64,000 nt of DNA from positions 23,024,534 through 23,088,533 of the forward strand of contig CM120644.1 in NCBI GenBank assembly GCA_051362555.1, in the 5' to 3' direction. The notes under the pieces were generated by a model. The model did not search any database, had not been told where the DNA came from, and saw only the letters and a list, made by a program, of their open reading frames with translations. Numbering within the stretch: position 1 is the stretch's first letter; each line of letters opens with the position of its first letter. Positions 63,562 through 64,000 of the stretch are shown piece by piece. This DNA is from Lingula anatina. Lineage: Eukaryota > Animalia > Brachiopoda. Position numbers and translations under genes: made by a program.

Positions 63562-64000
63562 TATATATATATATATTTTTTTTTTTTTTGTTAGCTGGGA
63601 CATTATTTTGCATGGGGTTTTAAAAGAAGGGGGGTGTTTAGCCAAATTCTTCAGCCTTGTAATAAACTTGTTATGGGATCATATAGCGGTGAAGCTAAGC
63701 GGAGCTAAACGTGCATTTTCTTCTGTGAGAAGATTGAAAAGCCAAACGTGTTGTTAGCATCTTCACACGTTTAGCAGTGGAAGTGTTGAGCCAATACGTT
63801 GAGCCTTGTCATAAATCAGTGAAACTAAATATATAGCTAAACGTACGTATACACTACTAAACTCGTTTAGCATTTTCTTGTGTGAGAAGCTTTAAAAGCT
63901 GTATACGTCTTTAGATTTTTCATACACTTCTAAACGCGTTTGGGTGCTAAAAGTGTGTTGCATGTGGTCAAATGCTGAACACTGTTTTGCCGTGTATAAC

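Noticed and set aside
63690-64000. Repeated CTAAAC/GTTTAG and TGTGAGAAG motifs at the window edge
   Set aside because: Probably part of another repeat element, but it is truncated by the window and cannot be classified.
1-64000. tRNA, rRNA or other structured ncRNA genes
   Set aside because: None recognised by eye; the hairpins seen are explained by MITEs. A tRNAscan-SE/Infernal run would be needed to exclude them.

Overview
AT-rich, intron-containing animal DNA; the gene set looks like a lophotrochozoan/mollusc-type invertebrate, which is an inference. Left to right: (1) the decayed end of a Polinton/Maverick (adintovirus-like) element with a broken rve integrase-chromodomain gene, an intact minor capsid gene, a PZ-like remnant, a major capsid stub cut off by an 84-85 bp higher-order repeat, and a PC4-like ORF; (2) an SCP/aequorin-fold EF-hand gene; (3) a 13-exon CYP3-clan P450; (4) a complete 12-exon monofunctional PHM; (5) four intact 5-exon sulfotransferase paralogues, all with an unusual N-terminal extension, produced by at least two segmental duplications, one of which also copied two PHM exons that are now pseudogenised; (6) many transposons: a complete 7.5 kb CMC/EnSpm-type element, three Tc1 relics, a piggyBac-type element, several MITEs and a solo LTR. 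The best-supported unusual structure is inside the CMC element. Its intronless 827-aa transposase ORF sits in intron 2 of a same-strand 10-exon SAM-domain (SAMD3-like) gene. If that intron is retained, the SAM frame stops on a TAATG that overlaps the transposase start codon, and in this copy the intron donor reads TTAAGT instead of GTAAGT. All gene models were assembled by eye from splice signals and codon phase; no database search was run.
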